A stretch of 63,998 bases of DNA, filler included, from Ionaspis alba (Eukaryota), in NCBI GenBank assembly GCA_964255285.1. It is 9 parts of 9 records of this genome, joined end to end, with 100 filler letters (N's around TTAATTAATTAA, not from the genome) between each part and the next. Parts side by side here need not be neighbours in the genome. Positions count along the whole stretch, not along the records: positions 1 to 7,235 come from CAXUUL010000844.1; positions 7,336 to 14,565 come from CAXUUL010000845.1; 7 more parts are not named here. One strand, 5' to 3'. Positions 1 to 14,100 of this stretch are shown in pieces. Under the pieces are notes generated by a model. It was not told where the DNA came from and searched no databases. It worked only from the letters and a program-made list of their open reading frames with translations. Position 1 is the stretch's first letter; the number at the start of each line of letters is the position of its first letter. The translations under genes were made by a program, and so were the position numbers.

Positions 1-600
1 CTTGGAGGCTTTTTTGGTTTTCTTTGGAGGGGGCTTGGGAGACGAGGGGAGTTCCCATTTTACAAGAGTCATGTCTTTGGAGACAGTATAGACGTAGGGA
101 GGACATACGGCCACGGAAGTTGTACAGAGTGTGTCGGCGCGGAAGTTGCATTTTGATGCTTGGGCGAAGGAGAAATCCAAGGCTATGCGTCGGTAGAGGC
201 GGCCTTTGATTTCGGCAACATCTTCCTTCAACCTCTCGGCGATGAGATCTCGATCGATCTGCTCAGCGTCAAAACCGTCCTCGTCTACTTCGCCCTTGAC
301 GTTTTGTAGATAGCGTTCAGCTAGTCGTAGTCGTCGTTCTGCGCCTGTTTCGTCTTCGACACCCGACTCGCTACTTTCTCCAACATCGTCCCCATCCTCC
401 CCCACTCCCCGCCTCACGCCCTCTTCGTCCGAATCACTGCCCGATATTGAATCATCTCTTTGTGGTTTCTTCGCCTTCACGGCCTTTGAGGTCAGAGTCG
501 AACCGGTGGTCTGAGCTCTTCTCTTGGATGATACGTTGGGAACCTGGTCCTCTCTCTTTCGCTTCCTCTGCGATGTAGAAAGGGTGAAGAAGGAGGACAT
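1..600 (-). CDS. RRP9: U3 snoRNP-associated protein Rrp9, 5' part (runs off the window start)
   Basis: Manual translation from ATG at 600 gives MSSFFTLSTSQRKRKRED...ETGAERRLRLAERYLQNVKGEVDEDGFDAEQIDRDLIAERLKEDVAEIKGRLYR, the typical fungal Rrp9 N-terminus. It is absent from the ORF track because it has no stop in the window. Confidence 0.88.
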   Translation of the reverse strand, partial: MSSFFTLSTSQRKRKREDQVPNVSSKRRAQTTGSTLTSKAVKAKKPQRDDSISGSDSDEEGVRRGVGEDGDDVGESSESGVEDETGAERRLRLAERYLQNVKGEVDEDGFDAEQIDRDLIAERLKEDVAEIKGRLYRRIALDFSFAQASKCNFRADTLCTTSVAVCPPYVYTVSKDMTLVKWELPSSPKPPPKKTKKASK

Positions 601-2529
601 GGTAGATTATGTAGAGACATCGAAACGCAGGATGCTGTTTGGTTGTGCATATCCAAAAAACTTTTGAGTTGTGGACCGTGCAGTAGCGAAATCTTGGCGC
701 CGGAGACTACAAGCCTCCACAGTACGGTCAAAGCTCCCGCCGGGGATAATTTCTGTCTCGAACTACTACTCTCGCTCCACGCCATCTTCCAGCTACGCAA
801 TGGGTCCTCGTCTCCGCAAGCAGTTCCTTATTACAAACGTCAAGCCTTTGGTCCGCCATGTTATTTTTTAGCATGTAAAAGTTCATTCCTACATGATCAA
901 TGTCTTTGGTCACTATATCCCTGTGTACTAAAGCTCTGGTCCAATTCAATCAATCATGATCTTAATAGCTATTTTGTGTATCTATTCTCCCATCGTAAGG
1001 AATGCTTGGAATCCCTCTTGAGCAAATCTATTGGTACTCACAATGCTCACATTACATTTCAATTTGTTCTCCGCTTTTTTCTGTACCTTCATCTAGCGGG
1101 ATAAGAATTCCATACAGATATGTAGGCTCAACCTGAGCTTAGTTCACGTTCAAGGTGGTCATTGAGATAATTCCTCATTTTATGAAGTACCCTTCTTTAT
1201 AACAAGAATTATTTCCACTTTGACTTAAATATGCCACACAGAGCAATCTGGGTATAGCGGAAAGGCATAGCATGTGAATATCGCACGATAGAGAAGATCT
1301 ACGCTCCTCATGGAGGCCAATCCACCGACTGGGTAATTTACAGCGGGATCACGCAGCAGATATCAAGCATTACTTCCCCCGCATGAAAGACATAGTTCCA
1401 GACTATGACTCTTGTGGAGTAACCATCTCCGCAGGCCTCGATTCAATCTTCCGGATGGCAGACGTTGTCGCCGGAACTATCTCCACTTCCATCGCCGGCA
1501 GATCGGCCTGGCGCAAATATCAAGACTTGATAACTGCTTCAGTCAGCGTCACGGTTATTGTGCCTGAGTGTGTGATGCTGCTGGAGTATTTCACGACCGG
1601 CACCGCCATTGTCAATCTTTGCAGTACCCTCAACTTACCGTTCCTGTAGGCTCCTGGCAACCTGACGCGGTTCTTATCTGGAGAGGAGCCTCCTTAATCG
1701 AACCTGCTTGCTATTCACCCGCGAGAGCAACTGGGTGACAAAGTAAGTCCATACACCCACCAAGCTCGCTTTCGAGGTTTGGTGGAGCAGCCCCCAAGTC
1801 TTAGTGGCGACCTTCCAACTTAGGGGCTCTTCCCGCTAATGCTACTTTGGTGCACGTATATCTTATTGCCTGCGTGCCGTGGTCGGCAAGTACATAGTAG
1901 ACAACTGTTTCTAGGTCTACACCGACATAATGAAAGGACAAGTCGTGACGTGTGGGCATGGGACCGAGCGTCTGCGCGTTTTGTGCACACAATGCAATAT
2001 AGGACGTCAATATCGATATCCCAGGTAAGGGACCGACATGGGCGTTGAAGGAGCCCCTGTCTTTGGATACTATGCTCAAGGTTCTAAACTGGGTAATCGC
2101 GAACTATGGGGATCCCGCGATGCCCAATATTGGACATGTGAGACGAGAAAATGGGGTTCCTGAGTCGAGCAAGGCCTGGTTTGTTGAAGGTAGAGATGAG
2201 TTCAGAATGATTGGACTCCAGAGTAAAGAAAGCCGAACGTATGAAATATAGTCGAGTATTCTCGTGAATGAATGATCTCCCCTTCACAGACTCACGGCCT
2301 GACAAGGTGTATGTTATCCGCCTTCTGATACACTGAATATCCCGAGCTCGCTCTAAAGACCGACCCGATGTTCGAAAGTTAGTAGATTTCACAGGTCTTG
2401 GCGCTGATGTTGAAGTTCGGTTAAACTTGTGAGCTCTGGAAAGGCATCAATCTACAACGCGTTCCTCATACCTACTACCACTACTAGCTGCAACTTCGTA
2501 CATCCAGCTTAACATTATACCCTTTCAAG

Positions 2530-3378
2530 ATGTGAGTATTGCACCTTCTAAGCTATATCAAAGCTCATACTTCTCAGGGAGGTCCTACTAGGCATTACCG
2601 GCAAGGACTTCACCATCGTCGCCTGCTCCAAAGCCGCCATGAGAGGCGCGACCATCCTGAAAGCCTCCGACGACAAGACGAAGGAACTCAATAAGCACAC
2701 CTTGATGGCGTTCTCAGGTGAAGCCGGAGACACAGGTCTTTTACCCCTCCTACACCATCTCAAACCCATCACTAACAGCAACTTTTCGTAGTCCAATTCG
2801 CCGAATACATCCAAGCGAACATCAAGCTCTACTCGATGCGCAACGACACCGATCTCGGTCCCTCCGCCGTCGCAAACTTCGTTCGTGGAGAGCTGGCGAG
2901 GAGTCTAAGGTCAAGGAAACCGTATACAGTGAACTTGCTTCTAGGAGGAATGGATCCCATCACCAAGAAGCCGAGTCTGTATTGGCTGGACTATCTAGCG
3001 GCCCTGGCACATGTTCCTTATGCGGCGCATGGGTATGCACAGTAAGTCTATGTCTGAGGGCCGGTAGCTTAGTGTCTGGAGACTATCGTCCGGACGTAGC
3101 GGTGGCTGATGTTGGCCGATTAGATACTACTGCCTCTCTATCCTCGATAAACACCACCACCCTGACATCACCTACGAGCAAGGTCTGAAGATCCTGCGGA
3201 TGTGTACGGATGAGCTGAAAAGGAGATTACCGATCGATTTCAAAGGCGTAAGACATACGAAATGACTACTACTATACGTCAGCTAACCTGCGTTATTTAG
3301 ATGCTGGTGAAAGTGGTCGATAAAGATGGAATTAGAGAGATAGAGTATGATGACAGTAAACCTGTTGCAAGTGCGTGA
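2530..3378 (+). CDS. PRE1: 20S proteasome subunit beta-4 (beta type-2), multi-exon
   Basis: The spliced product reads [34 protein letters not shown]...[26 protein letters not shown]...[12 protein letters not shown]...[18 protein letters not shown]...[12 protein letters not shown]. The first intron is 2532-2577 (GTGAGT...CAG) and the stop is TGA at 3376-3378. Confidence 0.95.
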
Positions 3379-4060
3379 TCGTCTTGATTTGTCATAGATC
3401 TGGTGGCTAAGGCGTCTGTATGGCCGTTGGGAATGGCATCATAGCATGATATCTTGGTCTCAAAAATTCAAACCATGTGTTCGTCAGCTTGAACAAATAC
3501 AGGGGGATAATCGGCTTCTAATCGTGCGTACTACATTCGAGGGCCTCAGATCATTGAGAATGGCTTCATCCACATACAGAACGTTTGAACAATCTCGAAT
3601 GTACGTAAGATTTGTATTATTGCGGTTGCTATCTGGAGCATGGCACTTTTGGGGACAATGACAGTAAAGATTAGCCCTCGGACGCGCATAACCACGACAA
3701 TAGCAACCAAATAGATCCTCATAACCAAAAAAAAATTGCAAGTCATATCATGTGCTCGTTTGCCGCGATAACCCTGATGCTCAGTAGGATTATATGGAGG
3801 AGATCAGCAGGCGCCATCCATCGTCTTATCCACTTTCAAATGCCTTCGAAACGAGCGTGCACACATGCAAAGTTAACCCACCGCTCTCGACCCACGACAC
3901 TGGCCTTCCTCCTCACTCGACAATTCAAGTCTTCCTTTGTGTGAAGACCCTGCACATCTTCAACCATCCTCCACACCACTCGTTTTTAACCGACCTCCGC
4001 ATCCTCATACGTGCATCGCTCACAGCCTTGTTCCACTTCTCTCCTCTCATCCCTCCACCC

Positions 4061-7058
4061 TCACAAATCCTCCACAAACCGACTATCCCGAACAGGGCTC
4101 CCCGCAGCCCCCTGTCTCCCTTGCGCTGCAAAACTCGGTGCCGGCAATGGCAAAGTCTCCGCATCAAAATGATCCCTCGCCTCCTCAAACTCCTCCACAC
4201 TGCCCTCTTCCGTCGTGCTGGTCGTAGTTTCCTGTTTCAGTGCCGGCGGACTAAGCGCCGAGGAAGCTTGGGCAGAGGTCGAGGGATGGATGCGTTGGTC
4301 GCGACTGCGACCGCGAGTAGGAACGAAGGTGCTGGGAGGATGCGTCGGCTCGTCGCTGGAGAGGGAGGATATGGAGGTTGAGCGAGAGCGGGGAGGGTGT
4401 GAGGATAGGGCGAGGGGTTGGGGGGAGGTGGCGCCATCGGTGGGAACTGCGATGGTGGCGGTGGTGGCTTCGGGATAGGAGGTTGTCGTTGGTGTCGACA
4501 CCGGGGGTGTTTCGGCTTCAATGGGGCCGGCGGGGATGATTACTGTGCTAGGTGTGTTGGCTGTGGGCTTGGGTTCGGGAGCAGAGATTGTTTCTTTGGG
4601 TGCGTCGGATTGCTTGACCGACTTGCTACCGTGGCGTGAGAATTTGGTTTTCAGCCATGAGGAGAGCTTTCCTTGGTCGCCTTTCGGGGAGGTGGGAACG
4701 TTGTCTGCTGTAGTGGCTGTTTTGCTGCTTGAGGCCGGCGCAATACCTGTCGATATTGGCTCAATGTTTCTGGATTTCGTGAGAGTGGTCTCTTTTGCTT
4801 CAGAAGTCTCCGCTGATGGAACGGTAGATTCCTGTGTTTTCGGTTCGACCGGTCGCTCTTCCGATTCGACAGGTTGTACGTCCGCCACATTGGGGGTGAC
4901 GACAGGATTAACGAGGATGATTGGTGAGTTGGGTTCACTGGTAGGAAGAAGTCCCGTTGTCTCAGGATTGAGGTCTGTGATCGGTGGAGTATCGACAATG
5001 GTTAGAGGTGCGAGTTGGGGAATCGAGTCCAAAACAGGTGAGGTAGGTGAAGCTGACGTCGTTGGCTCTTCCTTGCTCGTCTCAGCGACCACGACAGGTG
5101 CGACTGCTTTCGGCTTGTGCTTTTCCTCATCACGACGCCGTTTCTCCTCAGCCTTTTTGGCCCTCTCCTCCTCTTTCTTAGCTCTTTCTTCTCGTTTCTC
5201 CTCTTCTACCGGATTGTCAGCATGCTTAAACAACTGTCATTCGAGGAACAACTTACCTTTAAACCGCTTCCACTCTTCTTTGGTTTTAGTACTTCTCTCC
5301 CTTTCAAGTCTCGCCTTCTCTTCTGCTATTTGCCGCTGTTCTTCTGCTTGTCGTCTCAGTTCTTCATCCCTGGCTCGCTGCGCCTCAGCCTTCTCCGTAA
5401 TCTCATCAAGTGTCGGTTGCACTCTTGCGGCTGCAATAGCGTCGACCTCAGACTGATCCATGAATTTCCCACCTCCAATGTTGACCTTTCCGTGGTTGAC
5501 CATTCTAGCACCACTCTCCGCTTCGGCTCGTGCTTTGGCTTTGGCTTCCCATTCGGACATCATCGCAGGTGAGACCTTGCCTGTCTCTGCGAACAATTTC
5601 TCATCCATTCCATGCATGCTTTTAGTAACATTTCGTTGAGCTGCAGCCATCAAGGCTTCCCTATCCTTCTGGCGCTTCTTCGCATCAACTTGGGCTACTT
5701 TGCTATTGAAAATGGACATCTGAGATCGAATCTGTTGCGAGCGTTCTTCATCAGACTCTGGAAGTTGGCCGTCACTCGATGCTCGTCTTCTCATACGCCC
5801 TCGAACGGAGAGACGGGATTGAACCGGCGCGTTTGTACCGTAATAATTCCTATATGCGGCGTTCTCATCATGGAGCTTGGCAAGTCGCTCCGCCGCTAGC
5901 TTTTGGGCAGCCTCTTGGAGGTTGGCGTACTGCGGTGAAGGCTCATATGGCGCATCTACCGACGACGTCATAGAGGACCGCCGCTTATGGACAGAGGTAG
6001 CTGCGTAGTGGCTATCAGAACGCTGGACTCCAGCTTGCGACTCGAGCGTTTTCTGTTGGACATCATACATCTGCTTAGCCATAGAAATGGCAGCAGCTCG
6101 CAGACCCGCTTGGCGATTCTTTTCCTCGACCTCAGGAGCAACGGGTGGGTGGGAAGTATACATCTCTCGGCCGAGATTTGTTATTGCTGCGTTGTGAATA
6201 CGAGTAGCGTCTTGGGAAGAGAGCCCGGGCAAGTCAGTCGGAGCCGTCCGAGGATTTGCGCTTTTCATGGAAGGTCGGTTTGCAATTGTCGCTGCGTTCA
6301 ATGCGTTGGCCGCAGCATTGCTCGAATCAGGATAGAGACTGCCAACAACAGGAGATGAGCCAGACCGTGACCTGCCCGACATTGCACCAGTGGCTGCCAT
6401 GAGGGCACGACTGCTGCCATCTGCAGTGTATCCATAATCTACAGAAGGGCTCAGATTCTTCATCCTCATAGCCTGACCTGCTGCTGAATTTCCTTCGGCG
6501 GATGGATCGGGTCTCCATATGTCAACCTTTCCGCCATGATTTGCAGCGATAAGTGCAGCTTTCGAACCCGCCGCACTCATTTCCGGATGCCACAATGGTG
6601 CCACCTTGTAGTCTTTGGCAAGCATCGCGGCCTTACTTGCAGGTGCAGATTCGCCTGGCTTCCAATACTCAAATGACTTGTGATGCTGATTTGCTAGACT
6701 TGCAGCTGCACCAGCTGACGAGTCCTTGTTTGTGATGCCGACAGAAGGGAAGGACGGTAGATCACGGGGATTTGCATATTTCAGCGAGGTCGCGGCTCCT
6801 GGGGAAACATTGTAAGCGGAAGCAGCTGTATTAGTGCCGACATCGTCCTTACCTGCGGACGATAGCTTGTTATCTGCGTCCAACGGAAATTTGCTGTCTT
6901 TCGACTTTCGGTCGACATTCGTCACATAGAGTGCAGCGGTCGCAGCTGTCACGAGTTAGTCCCAACTACCATGAGAATGAGCAGTATCGAAATGCTTGTT
7001 TACCCTGGTCTTGTAGTTTCTCGACCTTCGCCCCTTGAGTTTGGGTCGCAGCATCCAT
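4061..7058 (-). CDS. Eisosome protein 1 (Eis1/Seg-family), multi-exon
   Basis: ORFs 5237-6952 and 4061-5233 join through short introns, with a first exon MDAATQTQGAKVEKLQDQ from ATG 7058. Family motifs include AATAALY, SSAGAATSLKYA, NLQEAAQKLAAERL, GKVNIGGGKFMDQSEVDAIAAARVQPTLDEI and C-terminal RDSRFVEDL. Confidence 0.8.
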
Positions 7059-7234
7059 GATCAACTGTTGGCCTGTGCTTTTGACTATGAAGAGAACCCG
7101 ATAGCGAATATGAACTCAAGAGCGAGGCGTATTGTTGATGAAAAAGAGGTGAAGGGGAGACGCGGTGGAGGTGAGCAGCCGGAGCTGTCCAGACTCAAGG
7201 AACGCCTCAAAAGGTCGATCGACGTCAGTGACGT

Positions 7235-7335
7235 ANNNNNNNNNNNNNNNNNNNNNNNNNNNNNNNNNNNNNNNNNNNNTTAATTAATTAANNNNNNNNN
7301 NNNNNNNNNNNNNNNNNNNNNNNNNNNNNNNNNNN
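7235..7335. other. Artificial scaffold-joining linker (N-run + TTAATTAATTAA + N-run)
   Basis: The six-frame-stop 12-mer lies at 7280-7291. Identical linkers occur at 14610, 21901, 29190, 36457, 43705, 50951 and 58170. Confidence 0.98.
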
Positions 7336-10300
7336 GTGCCCACCGAGCCCGTACTAGATTCTTTCGAAGCAGGTATTGTGGAAAGTGCTTTCAATTCCAA
7401 TGGAACAGCTGCCATTGCCTTTGCGTGCAAGCTCGTCCACGATAACAGTCGTTCACTCTCGAGAAGAGGATATCAACCCATATCACTTCGCTTTCTGACA
7501 AAAGGGAAGAAAGGGTTGCCATGTACTGCCACCAGCAACGAAACGTGCAAAATGCCCTATGATCGTAGGAGCAGTCTTCCGTAGGAGATGAAAGCAACAC
7601 CTATCTGACATGCCAAGTGCTATCAACGGTCAATCTCCCGTCTTTGTAGCATCAGCATCAAGACACCTCGTCCCCACACTTACCACAATCTCGATCTCGA
7701 TCTCGCGTAGCACAGATGCCATCACCCAGTAAAGAAAGCGGTGACATCCTTCTGCACACAACGCGATCCAGCTGCAATGCCGTTTGCCATCCCCCGCAGC
7801 CCTCGCAACCGCATGCATAACGCACGCAAGCCAGCAAGCAGCAGAGATGAAGTGGCAATGACAGCTGCCGTGTCCCAGCCTAGCCACAGAATGCAAGTCA
7901 CTGCTTTCTGCAAGGGAGAGGCATCCAATTCTACGGTGTACACAGCACGGGAAAGCCTCCGTCTCGTGCCCGAGAAATCATTCTTTGGTCCAGTTAGGTG
8001 GGTAAAGGGGGAGCGGACGGGTAAGTGCTGGTTTTGACGTGATGCAAGATACCTAGTGCAGGTGGAAGTTGTTGTTGGTGGGCTGGGATCGGGGGGCCAT
8101 GTGGGAAGCATGCGGGTTTTGCATGGTTAGTGTGTCCTCTTTGGTTTTGTTTGTGATACGCAAGAAAGAATTTTGGGTCGTGAGTGAGGTTTTGAGGGAC
8201 GGGTAGTGCTGCAAGGAATGAAAGAAGGAAGTAGGGGCGGTGTGTGATGCTCTGTTTGTTGGATTAAATGCAATCATTGTGATGGACATGGTGGTAGAGC
8301 TGTGGTATCAATTGCAGCACCCGACGATGATAAAATTGTTGGGTACATTTATTGCGGCGGATTGTGCAAGTACAAATATTCTCGTGAGGCTCGAAAGGAA
8401 ACCAGTGGTTCGTTAATCCCAGATTTCGTGGCTTTTAGACTTGCACCACAATTACTAGAAGGAGGGAAATGAGGTAATGCATCCCGAAGTCCGGAGTTAC
8501 TCCGAGTTCCGTCTTCTTGCGCCATTGTGCGGTGCATGGGAGCTGAAAATAGATTATTCAATCGAATCGAATCAAATCTCCGCCGGCAATAAACAAAATT
8601 TTAAGTCATATCTCCAGATCTGTTATTTACGATCGATCAATTGATCTGGGTTGGTTTTCTAGGTCCTTTCTGGGCCTCTCCTTACTCTCTGCATATTGAT
8701 CAAAGGCCAAATCGAGGGCAAAAGGGTCAAAGATCCCTCCAGATTGTTTCTTGGCCTGCTGTGGCTGCCCTCCACATGCAACACTGAGCTGGGGATGAAC
8801 CCTTGATCGTCGTTGCATGCCGGGCCAGATTTCCCTTTCCTTGTTTTCTTTTCTTTCCCCAATTTCGACAATAATAAATCAGACCTTGGATTCGGTGAGA
8901 CTAAGTAAGACCCCATTTTTGTCAGCCGGTCTTCCTTTACCAGACCAAAGAGCCCTTGCATGGCCGAGAGGAAGAGCCCGTACCGTGTCCGGCATGGTTC
9001 CGGCCCTTCGTCATCATGATTGCGTCTTAATCCCTTCTCCTCTTGCAGCTTGATTAGTGCTGAAGCGATTGATAGAAAGTAAACTTTCCACCATTTTTTT
9101 GCTTCTCCTCCTCCTTCTCTTCCCACCAAATTGTGCCGAACGTGTCAGAAGTCACGCAATACTTCAACGGTCGACTCCTGTTCCTGCGCTGAGGGAGAGA
9201 CACTCCTAACCAACGGTCGCAGTCGACCAACCGAAAGGCCCCCACTCCAGGTCTCAAAGCACAGGCAATTGGCTCTCTATCTATATCCCTTCCCGTCATG
9301 TATGATGGAGTGCCGTGCGAATGATAGGAGGTCGGAGCTTCCATCGCCTCTTGAGACGGCATCTAAGCGACCGCAAGCTATGCACCGTCAGGGCCACAAC
9401 CCGGTCCCGTTTTGCTTCTTAGCCCACAATCCTACACACTACGGCTGAGACTTTTGGGAGAAGCGAATGGATGATGGATGATGATACGTCGAGGGGCAGT
9501 GGATGCCTGCTCAACCTATGGCCACTTCAGTGGGTTAATTAGCTTCGACATGCACCCCGTTTCCCAGTCATGACATGACGCTTCATTTGCTCCCTCTCTG
9601 CCGGAATGATGCCTCACAGCTGCTTCCAGCCTTGCCGTTCACCAGGTCGGATTGGTTGGATTTCAATGCACAACGGCGAATACTAAAATCAGTCTGCCGT
9701 TGTCGATGATAGCGAGTAGGAACAAAATTGATCGAGAAAGTACATACTCTAAAGATTTTGCACACATCGAATGTAGGTACAGGTAGAAGAAAGCTGTAGA
9801 TGCTTCTAGGCGTGGTGTTTGTCGCGTGTCCGGCAAATTCATGATTCAAGGCAATTGCAGTACCAAGGCACCTCCGACTATTCCAACTGCCTGTCGCGTC
9901 CGCACGCGAAACCCAATTGACTCGTAGAAGCTTCGGTGCCCACGTTGTCATGGAGCGGGGTTCGACGGTCCTATTGATGGAATTGGAGATGAATCGGTCT
10001 TAGCATTTCCTCGCTGCCAGGTTTGACGTTGTTCCAACGTGGAAGTATGAGCAAAATGAGGTAAGGTGAAAGAAGCAACAGATATGCTGACTTCGTAAGC
10101 ACACACTCTTCAGACGCAAGTTACCTGTCTGAAGGATCTCGACTCTGTTCACACCTTGCTTTCAAACCAAACTCGGAACGAGATCTTACAGTGCCGCATG
10201 CCAATCATGGCCGGCTGTAATCATCCCAGAAACAAAAGCAACTCACTCCTTCGACCGATTTATTCCTCTTCTTCGACTCTCCGTTTCCGCGGGTGCAGAC

Positions 10301-11124
10301 ACGGTCATCGTCACACAACATTCGAGCAGCATCCTACGACGAGTTGTCTATGTTAGCCCCCCGAGACAGACTTCTATTCGAGAGTATGTAGCCAGGTAGA
10401 TCGTAGGAGAAATCCGTACATTAGGCATAGGTGTAGGCATAATACACTGTCAATCGCTTGAATCTGCTGTGAGGAACATGAGAGAGACGGAGTTTACTAT
10501 TTATTCAGATTGATGGTGCTGCGTTGCGCCATTGGATTGATGGGGCCGATCGGTGTTTGATGAGCAGCTGCGGCTAGAAGGCAAATCCTAGCGCGCTACT
10601 ACGCTGGCTGCCCTTCCCCCATGGCGCCCTCGTCTCTGGTGGTACCGGGGGTTAATAGTGGGCTGAACAGTGAGTGGTCCACTGGCCAAATCTCGTGGTA
10701 GACGAGGAACGAGCAACGAGTAGCAATGAACGAACCCTTTGCTTGCTACAGTGCCTGACCTGAACCACTCTTCCAAAATCCCCCCCATCCAAGGTCACCA
10801 CCCTCAACAAGCTTCCTTCTCCCCCTCAAACTCCGGGTCCAATCACGCTGACCCACGGGACTACCTCTGAACCTTTTCAATTCGAATCATACGCTTCATG
10901 TAACGGCCTTTCCAAGATCTCCTACTGTACAACATCCACGTTCGTTGCGTCGAATTCATGCACGCTGGCCGGCTCTTCTTCCATCAACCTTAGAACGAAA
11001 CTTGGACCACCGTCCCGACCTTCAATTCATGCTTTTACCGCCCACTTTATTCGGACCTGTTTTGTCTGAGCTCAGATGTTTCCATAGCTATTGTCACGCG
11101 GCCGGTTGGTGAGGATAGTGATCG

Positions 11125-14100
11125 ATGGAGGTCGTACCATCGGTTTGTCTCCCTCTACGTTCTCATACGTTCTCATACTTCATTCCGCCCCCCGATCCTA
11201 TCTCTCTATAACATGGCTTGTGCGACAGAACCAGAGCATTCTATTCCTCTCCATAGCTTCTTGCGGTCGCATATTTCAGAACTTGTTCATTCTAACGTTC
11301 GCCATCCGTACAGCTCTGTGCAACAGGTACCCTCGGTGTTGCGGCACTAGGCTACGCGTTCGGTCGACCTGAGACTACGAGCACAAGACCTCAATCAAAC
11401 AAGAGAAAAGTTGGATTGAGGGCAGACAATGGTTTCCGGTCACTGTCCGAACCTCTTACACCTGTCACAAATGCCCAGTCCATCTCAGCTCCTGCCACTC
11501 AAGCTCCCAAGCCGAGAGTTCTACGCCGCCCACAATCGGCCTCCTTTGCTAGCAACATCTCGGGACCAGAAGACGCTGGATATAATCGTGCAAGCTTACA
11601 AGAGAGGGATGACTGGAGGGCATCACTGTTCAACAGAAGGGAGGATTCTAGCAGTAATTATGGATCACTCGACCCTCCTGGAAGCGCAATGGGTACGGCC
11701 AAATCTTCTTGGTTGAAGCGTATGTCAACCTTTACATCGTCGCAGGGTGACAGTCCTATTTCAACTCCCCGGCCAAGCACACCATCAATCTCCTTCTCCA
11801 ATGGATCAAGTGCCCCATTCATCCCCACCGACTCCTCACCCATGACACCGCGGAACAAGTTGGTCAAGCGTTCCACCTCGCATCGAATGTTGCATAGCAG
11901 CAACACACCCCAGTCCGGTCAGTCTAGATCCCAGTTGCCCATGTTACGGAGGCCGGCAACGAGCTACCAGCGCTCTGCGAGTCTTCAACAGCAATACGTC
12001 CAGAACGAAGTCGATCATATGCAGGAACCATCGAGACCGTCCTATCAAGCACTCGATGATGCGACAATGATCGAGGATGTCAACCCTAGCGGTAGCAACA
12101 AGCTAGTTTGGAGACCATACTTTTACTCTCGAGCAACAAAAGTTTCGCGAGACACTTTTTCGAGAAACGGAGGATCCATTAAGCCCAGTCGTAACGATAC
12201 ACTGAGATCAATCGCCTCGACGAATGGAGATTTACCAACTCTGTTAAAGGCGACTTCGATCTCCAGTTCCGCAGCGGACAAAGCGCTGGAAAACCAAGTC
12301 AATTCCAAGATCCCCAGTAGACCGCTTACACCTGCGGCAATAAACCCGGTCATAACGCCTTCCACGGACTCCACTCAGGCCGAACGCAACAACGATAAGG
12401 ACTCGAAGCGTAGAACTTCCTTCTCGATAAGCGATATCTTTCCGTCACCATCGCCCTCAATGTGGAAAATGCCTCGTACCGGCAGTTTGAGACGGAAGAA
12501 GGGTTCAGAAAGTATTGCTTCCGGAAGGCGAATAGTATCAGCTCCTCAGGCTTCTTCCGGAGGACGTCGAGCTCCTTCTCATAGCCAGACTGGCTCTACT
12601 TCTGGTCTTCGTCAATCTGGCAAAAGACTCGACTCAAGTCACGTATCAGCGTCTCATAACCAATTTGAGCCGCAAGACCCAAGCATTAGATCACCGTCAT
12701 CTCCACTTCCGCCACTCGATCGATTGTCAACCTTTGAGATCAACCTCCCATACTCTGCACCGTCGTACCCTACCAGCCCTCATCCACAACCTTTGTCATC
12801 ACCGTCGTCCCAGATAAGCACAGGCGCCTTTCCTCCTTCCCATCCAGTTGGGCAGACATCATCAAGATTAAGGTCTCATCGTCCGTCTGGCGTTCATTCG
12901 GACCATGCTTCGACAGTGGCAGGCTCAGACAACGACAATAGTCGGGTTTTCACCGTGGACGGAGACGAGACGGATTATCGGAGCGAAACCGTCTACGATT
13001 CTTTGCGGACGGACGCAACTGGAAGCAGCCATTCTGGAGTTCGTGGTCCACGAATCGAGAATGTCTTTGATGCATCAGCACCTCACTCCGAACTCTTGAA
13101 GAAAAACCTTACGGATTTGCAAGAAAAGCTTACGAACCACAACAATACACATTTCACTCCAACCGTACACAACGATTTCATTGCAGAAGAGGAGGAAAGC
13201 GTACATACTCCAGTTGGCATTTCACGGCACATTAAGGAGAATATACAAACTCCATCACGGTACCCCACCGAGATCACGTCGTCACCTGATCTGCCTTCTT
13301 CCCCTCCCGTTGGTCTGGCGATAAAACGAAGAGAAGAGGATAGATACGATTTTGACGAGAATCATCTTGATGAGGGATGGTCTTTTGATGAAAATGAGTT
13401 ACATTCGTCCAATACACATGACCTTACGAACACGCTTGGTCTCCATGACCGTTCAATTACTCTCCCTTCAAAACAACAACTATCGCCTGCAATTCTCAAT
13501 GGACATAGTCTAAGCCTGGAAGAGGTCGAAGATGACGACTCTCGTACGACATCTAATGTATTTGATTGGTCGGAGCGGCATTTGGTGGAGAAAGCTAGCC
13601 AGCAAGGCTCATCACCACGGCCCAAGACTGTCCATGGAAATCAGGGTAAAGAGCGGGGGAGTCGTACTTCTGGTCGTCGAGGTGCCAGTGCGTTACACCT
13701 GAGGAGTCAAAGTGTCCCACTACCACCAGACAGTCTTGGTCCTCGAGGGCTCAACAATACATCTAAATTAGATGCGTGGATGCTAGGAGGTAAAGGTGTC
13801 AGTGAAGATTGGGACAGCGACTTCGAGTTTGAAGAATCCAACCAACCTCCCACTCAGGATGTGCATGGTGAAGTCAAAGCAGAACCACGTGATTCGAATA
13901 GGATGCTCGTGCCAAGGTCCATAATGGAAAGACAAGCCAGCGTTCATGGACAGTTCGGTCAGGTGAAGGAGTTGACTTTACTAGTGGAAGAACTTAAGCA
14001 CCTCCGACATCAGGCCAGCGTCTACGATCTCGTTCAGGGTCAATCTTCTGAACTATGGAAGGAAGCCGAAGGCATCATCAACCTCGCAACTGTCGATGAG

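Noticed and set aside
1230..2400. Possible degenerate gene between RRP9 and PRE1
   Set aside because: Some protein-like fragments and a GTAAGT donor are present, but no coherent gene model or recognisable family.
4521..5456. Long antisense ORFs (also 41382-42209, 49665-50624, 53478-54167)
   Set aside because: They are shadow frames of real low-complexity genes on the opposite strand.
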